Source: Candidatus Cloacimonadales bacterium
GTDB lineage: Bacteria > Cloacimonadota > Cloacimonadia > Cloacimonadales > JAFGVF01
Assembly (NCBI GenBank): GCA_963678315.1
Contig: OY782781.1
Location: forward strand, 2,144,001-2,208,000
Direction of reading: 5' to 3'
DNA length: 64,000 bases
The translations under genes and the position numbers were made by a program. The notes under the pieces were generated by a model that was not told the DNA's origin, did no database searches, and was given only the letters and a program-made list of their open reading frames with translations. Within the stretch, counting starts at the first letter, position 1. Each line of letters starts with the position of its first letter. This document shows positions 18,563 through 28,900 of the stretch, in pieces.

Positions 18563-19663
18563 ATGGAAATATCTAATTTTAAGAAAGTAAGAAACTTTAT
18601 TGAGTATTTTGGTAAGCCATTTACCTGCACAGTTGTTGCAGGTGAAACTGGTTTAACTAAAGTACAAGCGACCAAAGTATTGGGTAGAATGTTAACTAAA
18701 GGAATTATTAAAGCCATTTCTAAAGAAGGAAAATACGCTATCTACGTTAAGAATAGCGATTATAAAGAATCAAATCTAGTTAACAGCTACAATTTTGAAA
18801 TAAAATTTTTAAAGAACATTATCAAGAAATTGAAAAGTGGAGACTTCACTAGTGCTAGGCAGATAGCAGAATCCCTTGGTTGTGAGAAGAAACGTTTAAC
18901 ACGTTATTTGGTAGCACTCTGTTCTATTGGAATAGTAGATGTTGTTGATAGACAATATAAAGTCGTTAAAGACATCGATCTACTTCTAGTTGGAAGTAAG
19001 TTTGATAAATTAATTTTAAAGAAACTCAAAGCCAAAAACGTTGAGTTTGAAGAAGGAGTAATAATGGGAAGAAAGGAGAAGATGCTATATGATGCTAATG
19101 GAAGAGAGTACCCAGCAAAGATACTTGATCCTCACATCGTAAAGAGAGATACAGTCGTTAATCGTCTTATGGGTAAAGCTATAAAACTACATGATAAAAT
19201 TGAATCTGATAAGATTAAAATGGCTGAAGATATTGATAAGTATTTAACCCAGACAGCTCAGAAGTATGGAGAAGAGTGGAAAGGTAATGCAGAGTTAGTA
19301 TCTTTTGATGGTAAGTACAAGGTTGAAATTAGACAAAGAGAGCATATTGATTTCAGTGAAAAACTTCAAATAGCTAAACAGAAGATTGATGATTGTTTAA
19401 AGCGTTGGAGTGAAGATTCAAATATTAATCTTCAGGCTGTTATCAAAGAAGCCTTTCAAGTTGATAAGAAAGGAGAGATTGCTAAAAGCAGAATCTTAGG
19501 TCTTAGACGCTATAACATCAAAGATAAACAGTGGCAACAAGCAATGGATTTAATCGATGAGGCTATCCAGGTAACTTCAACTAAACAGTATATCGCCTTT
19601 TATGAAAGAGCAAGCAAGGATAAGTCATTCAAGCTTGTCTCACTTAATTTTAGTGCATTATAG
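18563..19663 (+). CDS. Tandem winged-HTH protein fused in frame to a DUF3164-like Mu-phage protein
   Basis: Two HTH-like segments; C-term KGNAELVSFDGKYKV...AFQVDKKG...WQQAMDLI; internal GAAGGAG RBS and ATG at 19064. Confidence 0.7.
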   Translation: MEISNFKKVRNFIEYFGKPFTCTVVAGETGLTKVQATKVLGRMLTKGIIKAISKEGKYAIYVKNSDYKESNLVNSYNFEIKFLKNIIKKLKSGDFTSARQIAESLGCEKKRLTRYLVALCSIGIVDVVDRQYKVVKDIDLLLVGSKFDKLILKKLKAKNVEFEEGVIMGRKEKMLYDANGREYPAKILDPHIVKRDTVVNRLMGKAIKLHDKIESDKIKMAEDIDKYLTQTAQKYGEEWKGNAELVSFDGKYKVEIRQREHIDFSEKLQIAKQKIDDCLKRWSEDSNINLQAVIKEAFQVDKKGEIAKSRILGLRRYNIKDKQWQQAMDLIDEAIQVTSTKQYIAFYERASKDKSFKLVSLNFSAL

Positions 19664-19795
19664 ATAATTTATCAGCAAAGTGACTGCTCCTAATCCTGGG
19701 AGTGTTTCTCTTTGCTTATTTTTTTGTGGTAACTGTAGGCATCGAGGTTTGACGATATCCTCTAGTCTGTTTAGATAGCTCCAGGAGATATAAAT

Positions 19796-20008
19796 ATGGT
19801 ACAAGTTTTTAATGAGAGCAGATGCTACACTCCAGTTGGAGTAGCAGAAATATTGAGTGTAGATATAAGTACAATCTACAGATTGATAAGAGACATTGAT
19901 GATCCTCTTCCTGCATTTAGATTAAAGAATAATGGGCAGTTAAGAGTTCATGGAAAAGAAATCAACAAATACCTAGAAGATCATAAAGTTGATCCTCTTT
20001 ACGAATAA
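19796..20008 (+). CDS. Excisionase-like HTH protein
   Basis: YTPVGVAEILSVDISTIYRLI...LPAFRL. Confidence 0.75.
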   Translation: MVQVFNESRCYTPVGVAEILSVDISTIYRLIRDIDDPLPAFRLKNNGQLRVHGKEINKYLEDHKVDPLYE

Positions 20009-20013
20009 ATAAA

Positions 20014-20397
20014 ATGACTGAAAGGCAGATTGAGTTAGCAAAGCGTTTGAGAAAGAAGATAGTTATTTTCGCAAAAAATGATCTCCGAATAACTATGGAT
20101 GAACTTCATTATCAGATGCAAACTTTAGGATATGGAATATCTTTAAGAGCACTCAATCTGCCTTCTTTAGTTAACTTAAATCTTATCATCCGAGGAAAGC
20201 AAAACCATATCTATGAGAATCTTGATCCTCAAGGTAAGAAGATATGGGCACTCTATAAATCATCTAATTGGAGTAAAGACCAGTTGTATGCATTTATAGC
20301 TCAGAAATTTAGCAAATCAGGAATCAAATATCTAACCAAAAATGAAAAAGGAACTTTAATTAAAGTCTTACAATCTTATGAACTCAAGAGAATATAA
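20014..20397 (+). CDS. Mu GemA/gp16-like protein
   Basis: Position and pattern KKIWALYK...LYAFIAQKF...YLTKNEKGTLIKVL. Confidence 0.5.
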   Translation: MTERQIELAKRLRKKIVIFAKNDLRITMDELHYQMQTLGYGISLRALNLPSLVNLNLIIRGKQNHIYENLDPQGKKIWALYKSSNWSKDQLYAFIAQKFSKSGIKYLTKNEKGTLIKVLQSYELKRI

Positions 20398-20839
20398 AAT
20401 AAAACGTATATCAGCTAAAAAGCTCTATCTTAAGGGTGAAACTAATGCAGTAGCACTTGCTAAGATTTATGATGTTGCCGAAAAGACAGTCAGGAACTGG
20501 ATTAAGAAAGGTAACTGGGAAGCTGAACATGATGAGATAGCATCTCTTGAAGACAAGATTAAGATAGCTCTTAAGAAGGCTTTAATTAAAGCTCTAACAG
20601 AATATGCGAGAGCACCACAAGACACTGCTCTTCAATCTTTAGTATCACTGCTTAGACAGTACAAGAAAGATTTCGAACCTACCAAAGACTTTATCGAATA
20701 TATGAAAAAGTTCTTAGATTGGCTTGTTGATTATTTCTTAACTAAAAATGATGATGAAATAGCCAGATCAATTCAAAAAGAAATTTTAGGAGAATCTGGT
20801 ATTGTAGAATATTTTAGAAAGAGAGCAAGTAGTGGTTAA
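20378..20839 (+). CDS. Probable terminase small subunit (N-terminal HTH)
   Basis: AKKLYL...LAKIYDVAEKTVRNWIKKGNW; directly upstream of the large subunit. Confidence 0.65.
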   Translation: MNSREYKIKRISAKKLYLKGETNAVALAKIYDVAEKTVRNWIKKGNWEAEHDEIASLEDKIKIALKKALIKALTEYARAPQDTALQSLVSLLRQYKKDFEPTKDFIEYMKKFLDWLVDYFLTKNDDEIARSIQKEILGESGIVEYFRKRASSG

Positions 20840-22376
20840 GATTACTCAAAAAGATTATAAGAACTTTTCGGACATTGCTTCCAAAACTTCCAGTGTGAAA
20901 CCATTTCAAAATGATACACCTACTAAACAGAAGCAAAGAATAAGAAAGGCTACTGGTGAAAACTGGTCAGCCTTCTCTTATTTTTGTGTAAGTTATTTTC
21001 CTCATATTTTCAAACTAGCATTTGTAGATGCTCATCAGGAGATGTTTGAGATTACTGAAAAGTATAACGGTGTAACATCTATTACAGGTTTTAGAGGACT
21101 AGGTAAGACAGTTCTGATGGGTGTAGTCTACCCTATCTGGAAAATTATTAAAGGTGAGAGATATATTATTCACACTGCTGCTGATGCAGATTTAGCAGAA
21201 GAGAGAACATCATTTACTTATAATGAGTTAACTCAGAATAAAAGACTTCAGCTTGATTTTGATGGGATTATGCCAGTTGATAGAGATGAATCAGATTTCT
21301 ATCTTCAGAACAAGTGCAGAATAAGAGCTAGAGGTATTAAGCAATCTTTTAGAGGAAGTATTAACCCTAGAACCTCTACAAGACCAGGACTAGTTATCTG
21401 TGATGATATTGATAAAGAGGAAAACATTGGTAATCAATCCATTGGTAAGAAGAAGATGGATAAGATTATTCAAGAGATTGGTGGAGCATTGAACCCTTCA
21501 GGAGATGGTAAAATAATCTGGCTTGGTAATCTAGTACATCCTAATTATGCAATCTGTCAATTCCAACAAGACATCATTGATGAGTTAAAATCAGAGATCA
21601 AAGAGTTTAATCCAGAGAATGTCAAACATCTCTATGGCTTGGAAAAGCGACTCTTGAGATTTCCATTAGAGAATCAAGATGCACAAAGCGTCTGGGAAGA
21701 ACAATATCCAACTGAAGAATTACCAAAGCTGAAGAAGAAGTTTGGCTTAACAGGATATCAAAGAGAATTTTTAGGAAAACCAGTAATTGAAGGAAACATG
21801 TTCAAGTTCCACTGGTTTATGAAATATACTACTATTCCCAAAAGATTTAAAAGAATATGGATGTATGCAGATCCTGCTTGGGGAGAAAAAGGTTGTTACA
21901 AGGCTATTATTTCTATTGGTTATGATGGTTATAAGTTCTATGTACTCCATATCTGGATTAGGCAGACCGAGAACAGTAAGTTCTTTAGTTACTACTATGA
22001 TGCCTACTCAGAATTATCCAGGAAGTATGGAGTCAGATTTAGAGCTGCAATTGAGACTAATTTTGGTCAACACAGGATATTAGCTGATTTTGATAGATGG
22101 TGTAAAGAGAACAATCGCCATCCAATATCACATAGAATCAGAAGAATCAACAATGATAAAAATAAAAATCTTAGAATTGAAAGAACAGATACTACAATCG
22201 AAACAGGTAAAGTGCAATTTCCAGATGGTCAAGATACTCCCACTCTTATAAACCAGTATTTAACATATCCAGATGGTTATGTAGATGGCCCTGATGCCTT
22301 AGCTGGCTGTTTAGAGAGATTCCCAGAATATGACACTGGAAAATCTAGAGTCAGAGTTAGGAGTTTTTCGTTTTGA
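20832..22376 (+). CDS. Terminase large subunit
   Basis: Walker A GFRGLGKT, Walker B LVICDDID, nuclease motifs YADPAW and DGPDAL. Confidence 0.85.
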   Translation: MVKITQKDYKNFSDIASKTSSVKPFQNDTPTKQKQRIRKATGENWSAFSYFCVSYFPHIFKLAFVDAHQEMFEITEKYNGVTSITGFRGLGKTVLMGVVYPIWKIIKGERYIIHTAADADLAEERTSFTYNELTQNKRLQLDFDGIMPVDRDESDFYLQNKCRIRARGIKQSFRGSINPRTSTRPGLVICDDIDKEENIGNQSIGKKKMDKIIQEIGGALNPSGDGKIIWLGNLVHPNYAICQFQQDIIDELKSEIKEFNPENVKHLYGLEKRLLRFPLENQDAQSVWEEQYPTEELPKLKKKFGLTGYQREFLGKPVIEGNMFKFHWFMKYTTIPKRFKRIWMYADPAWGEKGCYKAIISIGYDGYKFYVLHIWIRQTENSKFFSYYYDAYSELSRKYGVRFRAAIETNFGQHRILADFDRWCKENNRHPISHRIRRINNDKNKNLRIERTDTTIETGKVQFPDGQDTPTLINQYLTYPDGYVDGPDALAGCLERFPEYDTGKSRVRVRSFSF

Positions 22377-23251
22377 CATATTTTGATAAGCTTATTTACC
22401 AATACTACCAAGTTTTGAACAACTCCTGGAAGAAGGAAATCAAAGATTCAGCCAAGCAAGCTCTTCAGATGCTAGCAGATATCCCAAAACATGAAAGAAT
22501 AAATAAGAGCCATATAGACGACATCTTAAACATAATAGCCTCCAACATGGGAGAAGACTTTTCATCGCTTGTACGCACCGATACGAAGGCTTTCATCAAA
22601 AGAAACCTCCTATTAGGTCTTAGTGATGCCAAGAAACAAGTGCCAAATAATATATCGATAGGAATATATGGAATCAGAGAAAACAAATTAGAAACTCTCA
22701 TCACTAAACAAAATCTCTTCTGGATAGGAAATAAGTATGGCACAGATATCGAAACCAGATTCAAGAACACACTTAAAGAATCGGTATCTTCAGGATTTAC
22801 CAAAGAGATGCTTGCTAATAAGCTAAAAGAAGAGTTCAAATCTCTTGGAGATAAGAATCAACACTACTGGCAAGGTTTAGCTGAGCATACAGCCCTTAGA
22901 ATACGAGAATTTGGAAGATTAGAAGGATATCATAAAGCAGGAGCTACAGGCTACAGGCTTGTTGTTGTACTTGATGATAGAACATCAGAGATTTGCAGAG
23001 CTTTAGCAAGCCAGGACAAAGTATATCCTGTAGATACTGCTATTGATACTATGAACCAGCTATTAAGCATAAATACCAATAAACACTCCTTAGACACAGT
23101 TAGAGAAATGACTAAGCAGATAGCTCCTTGGGTTTCTGATAAACAAATAAAAAGAGACCCAACTGGTAATCCAATTGGAGTCTCTGTAAATTATTCACCT
23201 TTCCCGCCATTTCATTGGAGATGTAGGACTACTACTGAAATTGTTTATTAG
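22373..23251 (+). CDS. Head morphogenesis protein (Mu gpF / SPP1 gp7 family)
   Basis: LDDRTSEIC and PPFHWRCRT motifs. Confidence 0.85.
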   Translation: MTYFDKLIYQYYQVLNNSWKKEIKDSAKQALQMLADIPKHERINKSHIDDILNIIASNMGEDFSSLVRTDTKAFIKRNLLLGLSDAKKQVPNNISIGIYGIRENKLETLITKQNLFWIGNKYGTDIETRFKNTLKESVSSGFTKEMLANKLKEEFKSLGDKNQHYWQGLAEHTALRIREFGRLEGYHKAGATGYRLVVVLDDRTSEICRALASQDKVYPVDTAIDTMNQLLSINTNKHSLDTVREMTKQIAPWVSDKQIKRDPTGNPIGVSVNYSPFPPFHWRCRTTTEIVY

Positions 23252-23255
23252 CAAA

Positions 23256-24266
23256 CTATCCTTTAGTGCAATATTTTATGTATTCTTCTGTAAAACTATT
23301 AGATAGTTCTGTATCTTCATAAATAATATCAAATTGGTTACTTAAATAAGCTCTACACATTGTTTTAACTTCCCTTTGCCCAGCTATATGAATTACTTTC
23401 TGCTCAATTTTCAGATTTAATTTTTTTGCAGTATGACTTTGGGTACCAATAATAATTCCTCTGTCAACTTTATCTCTAACAAGAATCTCAATCATCCTTT
23501 GTTTTACTTGTTTGGTTACCTCTCTATTGTACCAGTTTTTTATTTCAACATAAATAGCTTCAGATGTAATTGGATCTTCTAGTATTAAGTCTTTTCCTCC
23601 ATCTTTACTACTAGGTGTAAGAAAAGTTTTATACCCCAATCCTTCAAATAATTCTGCAAATAAATGTTCAACATTCCTCCAATCTATTTTTTTAAAAATG
23701 TTACCATCTCTAACAAGTTCATGAATTAAAGATTTACAAGCATTCCTAATTATCATATAATATGGAGATTTGTTTAACTCATCATATTTCTCAATAGTTC
23801 TTAATAATCCATTCTCCCATAATCTAATTAGTTGGTCATACACTATATGTGCTTTTCGTATAAATAACTCTTGGGGGATCTTTTGAGAAAAATCATCAGG
23901 TAAGAAGTTTTCTAACAGAATAGAGTTAAGCCTTAAACTATTTCTAAGCTTTTTGATTTGCAATGGTAATTTATTCTCATTTTCAACATCTAACATAATA
24001 ACAGTCACAGGAATATCATGTGAAGTAGCATATTGTAACTCAGTCTCAACTAAGGTATGCCCCCATGCATCTCTAATTGAAGGTAATTCAGACCCTATTA
24101 TAAAGCCAAAATGATTGGATAAATCAATCAAAGATTTAACATCTCGTGATTCTTCTCCATTTTTTTCTAAAACTGTATATCCTAATCTAGTTAAAACTTC
24201 TCTAACTATGTCTCGAACAAAAGGTGATAGTCCTGTAAAAGGACCTGAAATGAATACATTTTTCAA
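23256..24266 (-). CDS. DUF4062/TIR-like N-terminal domain plus Mrr-like restriction endonuclease
   Basis: N-term VFISG...LVETELQYA; C-term FAELFEGLGY...DGGKDL...YVEIKNW PD-(D/E)xK motif. Confidence 0.7.
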   Translation of the reverse strand: MKNVFISGPFTGLSPFVRDIVREVLTRLGYTVLEKNGEESRDVKSLIDLSNHFGFIIGSELPSIRDAWGHTLVETELQYATSHDIPVTVIMLDVENENKLPLQIKKLRNSLRLNSILLENFLPDDFSQKIPQELFIRKAHIVYDQLIRLWENGLLRTIEKYDELNKSPYYMIIRNACKSLIHELVRDGNIFKKIDWRNVEHLFAELFEGLGYKTFLTPSSKDGGKDLILEDPITSEAIYVEIKNWYNREVTKQVKQRMIEILVRDKVDRGIIIGTQSHTAKKLNLKIEQKVIHIAGQREVKTMCRAYLSNQFDIIYEDTELSNSFTEEYIKYCTKG

Positions 24267-24276
24267 ATATTAACTC

Positions 24277-24762
24277 CTAATTTCTTTTATCTATCATATC
24301 TTCAATTTCTGCATCCTGAATTTTATCTCTCGCGAAACTTATTGGAAATAAACTTAATATCAAACTCCAAATTAATAGTAGAGTCTGTATTGATATGAGT
24401 GAAAATAATACACCTCTGAATATTAATTTGTAGGAGAAAAGATTTTTAAATTGGTAAACTAAAGGACTAAAGACACTAAACAGTAAACTAAAAATTATTA
24501 TCAATGTAGAATAAAGTAATGGTTTTGATAACCTGTCGAAATTTTCTACTTTTCGATATTTACCATCATATGCTACTTTTAGTAATTCTGGCTGTATAAT
24601 TGCAATCCAAGCTCCCATTATACCAAATATTATTGCCGATGTTGTTCTTAGTGATTCAAGGGTTGCAAATTGATTAGAAACTGGAATTTTCATTCCTAGA
24701 AAAAAAGAACAAATTGCGATAAGAGTTATCATAACAATAAAAATTAATGTTTTTATTTTCAT
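24277..24762 (-). CDS. Multi-pass membrane protein (~4 TM)
   Basis: Hydrophobic segments; LRTTSAIIFGIMGAWIAII; starts 2 bp after the upstream gene. Confidence 0.75.
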   Translation of the reverse strand: MKIKTLIFIVMITLIAICSFFLGMKIPVSNQFATLESLRTTSAIIFGIMGAWIAIIQPELLKVAYDGKYRKVENFDRLSKPLLYSTLIIIFSLLFSVFSPLVYQFKNLFSYKLIFRGVLFSLISIQTLLLIWSLILSLFPISFARDKIQDAEIEDMIDKRN

Positions 24763-24764
24763 TA

Positions 24765-25805
24765 TTAGTCCTCAATTCTTGAAAAGATGATCTTTCTTTT
24801 AGCTGTTAGAGCTTCTTTTAGTGAATTAATATCATATAATTCTGTACTCTTATGAGTAACATCAATATCTAGTTCCCCTTTGACTATACTCTTACTTAAC
24901 CAGTACGTTTCTCTATCTCCTTCTAAATTGAATCCTATATCGGATATTGTACTTTCATCTTTATTTTGCCACATGTTTAAAAGATCATTCACGTTGTTTT
25001 CGCTTGGATTGTAATTCGATTCATACTTAAAGTTCAGAACTTTATTAGATACCTTATTAATATCGTGAATCCCTGTGAATTTCAGGAAAGATTGAATAAC
25101 ATTTAAATCCTTTTCAATCTGTATATCTAACTTCATCTTAGTAATTAGTTTTCTGACATCTGAAAATCTACTCTTTAGTAAATCTAGTTGACCACCCAAT
25201 AATAGAAGATGAGACTCAAAAAAAGGATAGATAAGTTCATTCTGTTTGAAATGTTCTAGGTTCTCAATGCTAGGAGTTTTAATCCTAAAATTCTCTATCC
25301 TCTTCTCTTTAACAAATTTTGAATGAAATTGTAAAAAACTCTGCAAATAATGACAAAACTGTCTATTTCCGTTAACAATATGATTAAATCTAACAGTTAA
25401 ATAAATGTTCTTCGAAGGAAGTATCCAAAAGTAGGTACCATATCCAGGTACATAACCCTCTTCAAATTTAGTATCTTTCACATCTGCTTGATCAATAGGC
25501 TTAGTTGAGTTAATAGCACTAACACTATTATCTGTTGTTGGTGTTTCATTCCAAGTTGTAAGGAATATATCCCCATACTCATTTTTTGTGATATCTGCAC
25601 AAAAAGTTCTCATTATGTTTGAATTTTCTTGAGGATTTCCGTAAGTACAAGTCTCAGCTATGGTTTTATCATTTCTTTTTACCCATTCTATTAAATCATT
25701 GAAAATAATATCGCTAGTACCTGATAAAGACCTTTTATCTCCATAATGATAATATCCACATTTCTTGATATTAAAGTATCTTAGTTTTGCTTTTTCATTC
25801 ATCAT
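24765..25805 (-). CDS. Hypothetical soluble protein, first gene of a candidate defence operon
   Basis: 346-aa ORF with AGGAGG RBS; tightly coupled to the membrane and nuclease genes. Confidence 0.7.
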   Translation of the reverse strand: MMNEKAKLRYFNIKKCGYYHYGDKRSLSGTSDIIFNDLIEWVKRNDKTIAETCTYGNPQENSNIMRTFCADITKNEYGDIFLTTWNETPTTDNSVSAINSTKPIDQADVKDTKFEEGYVPGYGTYFWILPSKNIYLTVRFNHIVNGNRQFCHYLQSFLQFHSKFVKEKRIENFRIKTPSIENLEHFKQNELIYPFFESHLLLLGGQLDLLKSRFSDVRKLITKMKLDIQIEKDLNVIQSFLKFTGIHDINKVSNKVLNFKYESNYNPSENNVNDLLNMWQNKDESTISDIGFNLEGDRETYWLSKSIVKGELDIDVTHKSTELYDINSLKEALTAKRKIIFSRIED

Positions 25806-25929
25806 TAACCTCCTATTTCATTAGGTACACCTGTAAACCAAGTGAAGTATATACCTTCAAAACTACATAGCTACTACTTTTAACAAACCTTGCTATAATA
25901 TTATGCTCAAAATCTTTTTGATTAAAGTT

Positions 25930-25953
25930 GAGCTCTACCATTCAGTAGAGCTC
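25930..25953 (-). terminator. Hairpin terminator after the S8 peptidase
   Basis: GAGCTCTAC-N6-GTAGAGCTC. Confidence 0.65.
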
Positions 25954-25974
25954 CTATATTTTTTGCTTATGATT

Positions 25975-28900
25975 CTACTTAATTAGCAAACATTTCTTCA
26001 CAACTGCTTGCTTATTTGATTCAAGTTTATAGAAATACATACCTGATGCTACTTTTTTATTTTGATTATTATTTCCATTCCATACAATTTGATATTGACC
26101 TTTTTCCATGTCACTGTCGAGTAATGTTTTTACCTTTTGTCCTCTTACATTGTAAATATTTAGTTTAACTCGACTTTTTTGTGGTATGAAATACCTTATA
26201 TTTGTTGAGGGGTTGAATGGATTAGGATAACAATTATAAAGTACTGGTTTTAAAGGAATAACTTGGCTTTGTGTATTCTCTGGATTCCTAAGTGAAGCCA
26301 ATATTTTTCTTGTATTCATTATATGATCGTTTCTTGAGCGTGGCATTAGGCTTGAGTATTTTGTCGTACATTTACCACCACTTTCCAGCCAAGCAGATCC
26401 CATATCAATTACAGCAAAACAGGAATCATTATATGTTGGTGGAGACTCAATTATACTAGCATAATGATCAATGGCACCTTGGAAATTATAAATTAATCTA
26501 TTACAAAGTGCTTTAGTGTTTAATAACTCTCTTCTAAAGTCATTTTGATTTGGATATGATATCAGTTTAGCATCAATCCATTCAATTAAGTCTGGTACTT
26601 GATTAGTTTTAGAATGACATACTGTTATACCTTTAAGCACCTGAAAATCAGCATCTGTTAGAAGAGAATCATTAAGTACTTGGTAGTAATATTGTATTGC
26701 CATATCCCAGTTACTATTTATTCTGGCATTCTCAGCTAAATAGAATGGCTCATTCATCCCATCCCTACCGGCACTACCATTAGGAGTTGTTAACCAATGA
26801 TCATAGTTGATGTCTTCATACTGACTAAAGGTGCTCTTTATATCAGTTTCATTGGTATGTCCCCACCAATTCTGGTCAGCTTTAATCTGACTTTTCATAT
26901 TTTCTGTTACAATGTTTAATTGACCAGCTTGTATGTTTGTGAAATTATTAAATCCTTCATGAAGATAAGGTTGTGATTGTACAGCTAGCAATCCTACACC
27001 ATTATCAGATATTTTGTTTTCTCCTGTTCCGTTATAGGCAAGATAAGGAACTGCACTTTTATAAGAAGCAATCCCAATATCCGAGTTAAGAATTTTGTCA
27101 TGTCCAAAATCTACAAGGACATCATAAGCTAATATTGAAACTTCATTATTATTTAATATGCTGTTTTTTAGGACGTAAGTTCCGTTATCATACATTTCCA
27201 AACCTATTTCAGCATTGGATAGATAAGTATTATTCACTATTAATGAAGAATTATTAACAGATGATATCCCTAACCAATGATCCTGAATTGTATTTGGGCA
27301 CATACCTTTAACAACAACAGGATAGAGTTCTGTTCCGTTAAAATGAAATTCCCCATTATTATTTATAAAGTTCTTATTCCTAATACGAATTTCGATTCCT
27401 GGATTAACCTTAACACCAACTCCTGGATCTATACATATGTTTTTATTTATCACCACATCTTGCCTAATATGAATACTTTCATCCACAACACTCGGGATAT
27501 TATACAGATACTGAGCAGTGTTCCTTTCATTGTTTGAAAATTGAGTCCATTCATCCATTTCGTCAATATTATTATTCTTTATTGGAATCCTATAAATCTT
27601 TGCCTCATTTGTATCCTGATTACCAACCAATACATATAAATCTCTTATACTTGTAGAAAAAGCTGATCCAATTGCCATTGACTTAATATTAGCAAAGAAG
27701 TTTATGTTATAGCTTTGAAGAGGTTCTTCATTAACTTGATATACTGAGAGTTCATTGTCTTTTGATAAAACAACATCTTGTATGTTACTTTCTCCAAGAT
27801 CTGCAAGAAGTGATGGCCTCCTATTCTTATGATAGTATCCACCATTTTCAGAGGAATAATCGTTGGTTGTATGATTAATTCTATAGCCTTGTTCAACATC
27901 AAGAACTTCTTCTGAGGCTGTTGTTAAGATTTCAATTCCAAAGTTGTCAGGATAGAAATCTCCTGCAATAATTTTGCCAGGGGTTAAGTCAATATTATCA
28001 ATTTCATCAATTGGAGATGGAGTATTGTCAACATGAGACCAGATTTGAACTGGGTCTTCATCTCCAAAGTCATAACAGTAGGTAGTATAACTAGTAGTCC
28101 TCTCGATTCCCGGATGAAAATCTTTTGTAATCCCAAAAAATAGGCGATTATGATAAACTGGTTCGTCAGGATTAGTAAACTGAGGTTTAACCAAAAGCAA
28201 GTTAGTAGAGCGTAAGTTAGTTATTGAATCTATACCTGGGTCAATTACCCATTCGATGTCCCCTACATTGACATAATCATCTTTCGAACCACTCACAAAA
28301 TTACCTTTAAAGATACCTACCCAATTATCACTACCATTATTACTACCACTTACGACAGCAGTAAATTCACGGTAAAGAGTTTGATCAACATTTCCAACAG
28401 CCATTTCAGAAAGAAAGCGAGAACCATTTATAGTGTAATATTCAGTTTCAAGATCTGTACTAGGATAATTGTGTTGTGTTATTGTTCCATAAAATCCTGA
28501 ATCATTATCGTAATCATTTCCATTAACCAGAATATCCATCCTTCCATTACCAGTCAGGTCATCAACGATAAGCGACTTAACATCTCCTGAAAGTTGGTTA
28601 CTAAATGTAATTGGATACTGATTAATATCATCTAGATTTGAATCATAAGCATACACGGTTACTGCATTGGTCACAAAAACTACTTCAGCATTATCTCCAT
28701 ATATTATATCACCAAAGGCTGGTTTTGTAATTATAGAGTCATTAACTATTTCCATAAATAAATGTGAATTACGATATAAACATGCAAAGTATTCAAAGCT
28801 ATCATTAATTGGCTTCTTCAAACCAAAAGCTAATTCATCAAGACCATCATTATTCATATCAAATATTGCAACTTCTGAAGTTAACTGATATGTTGATAGG

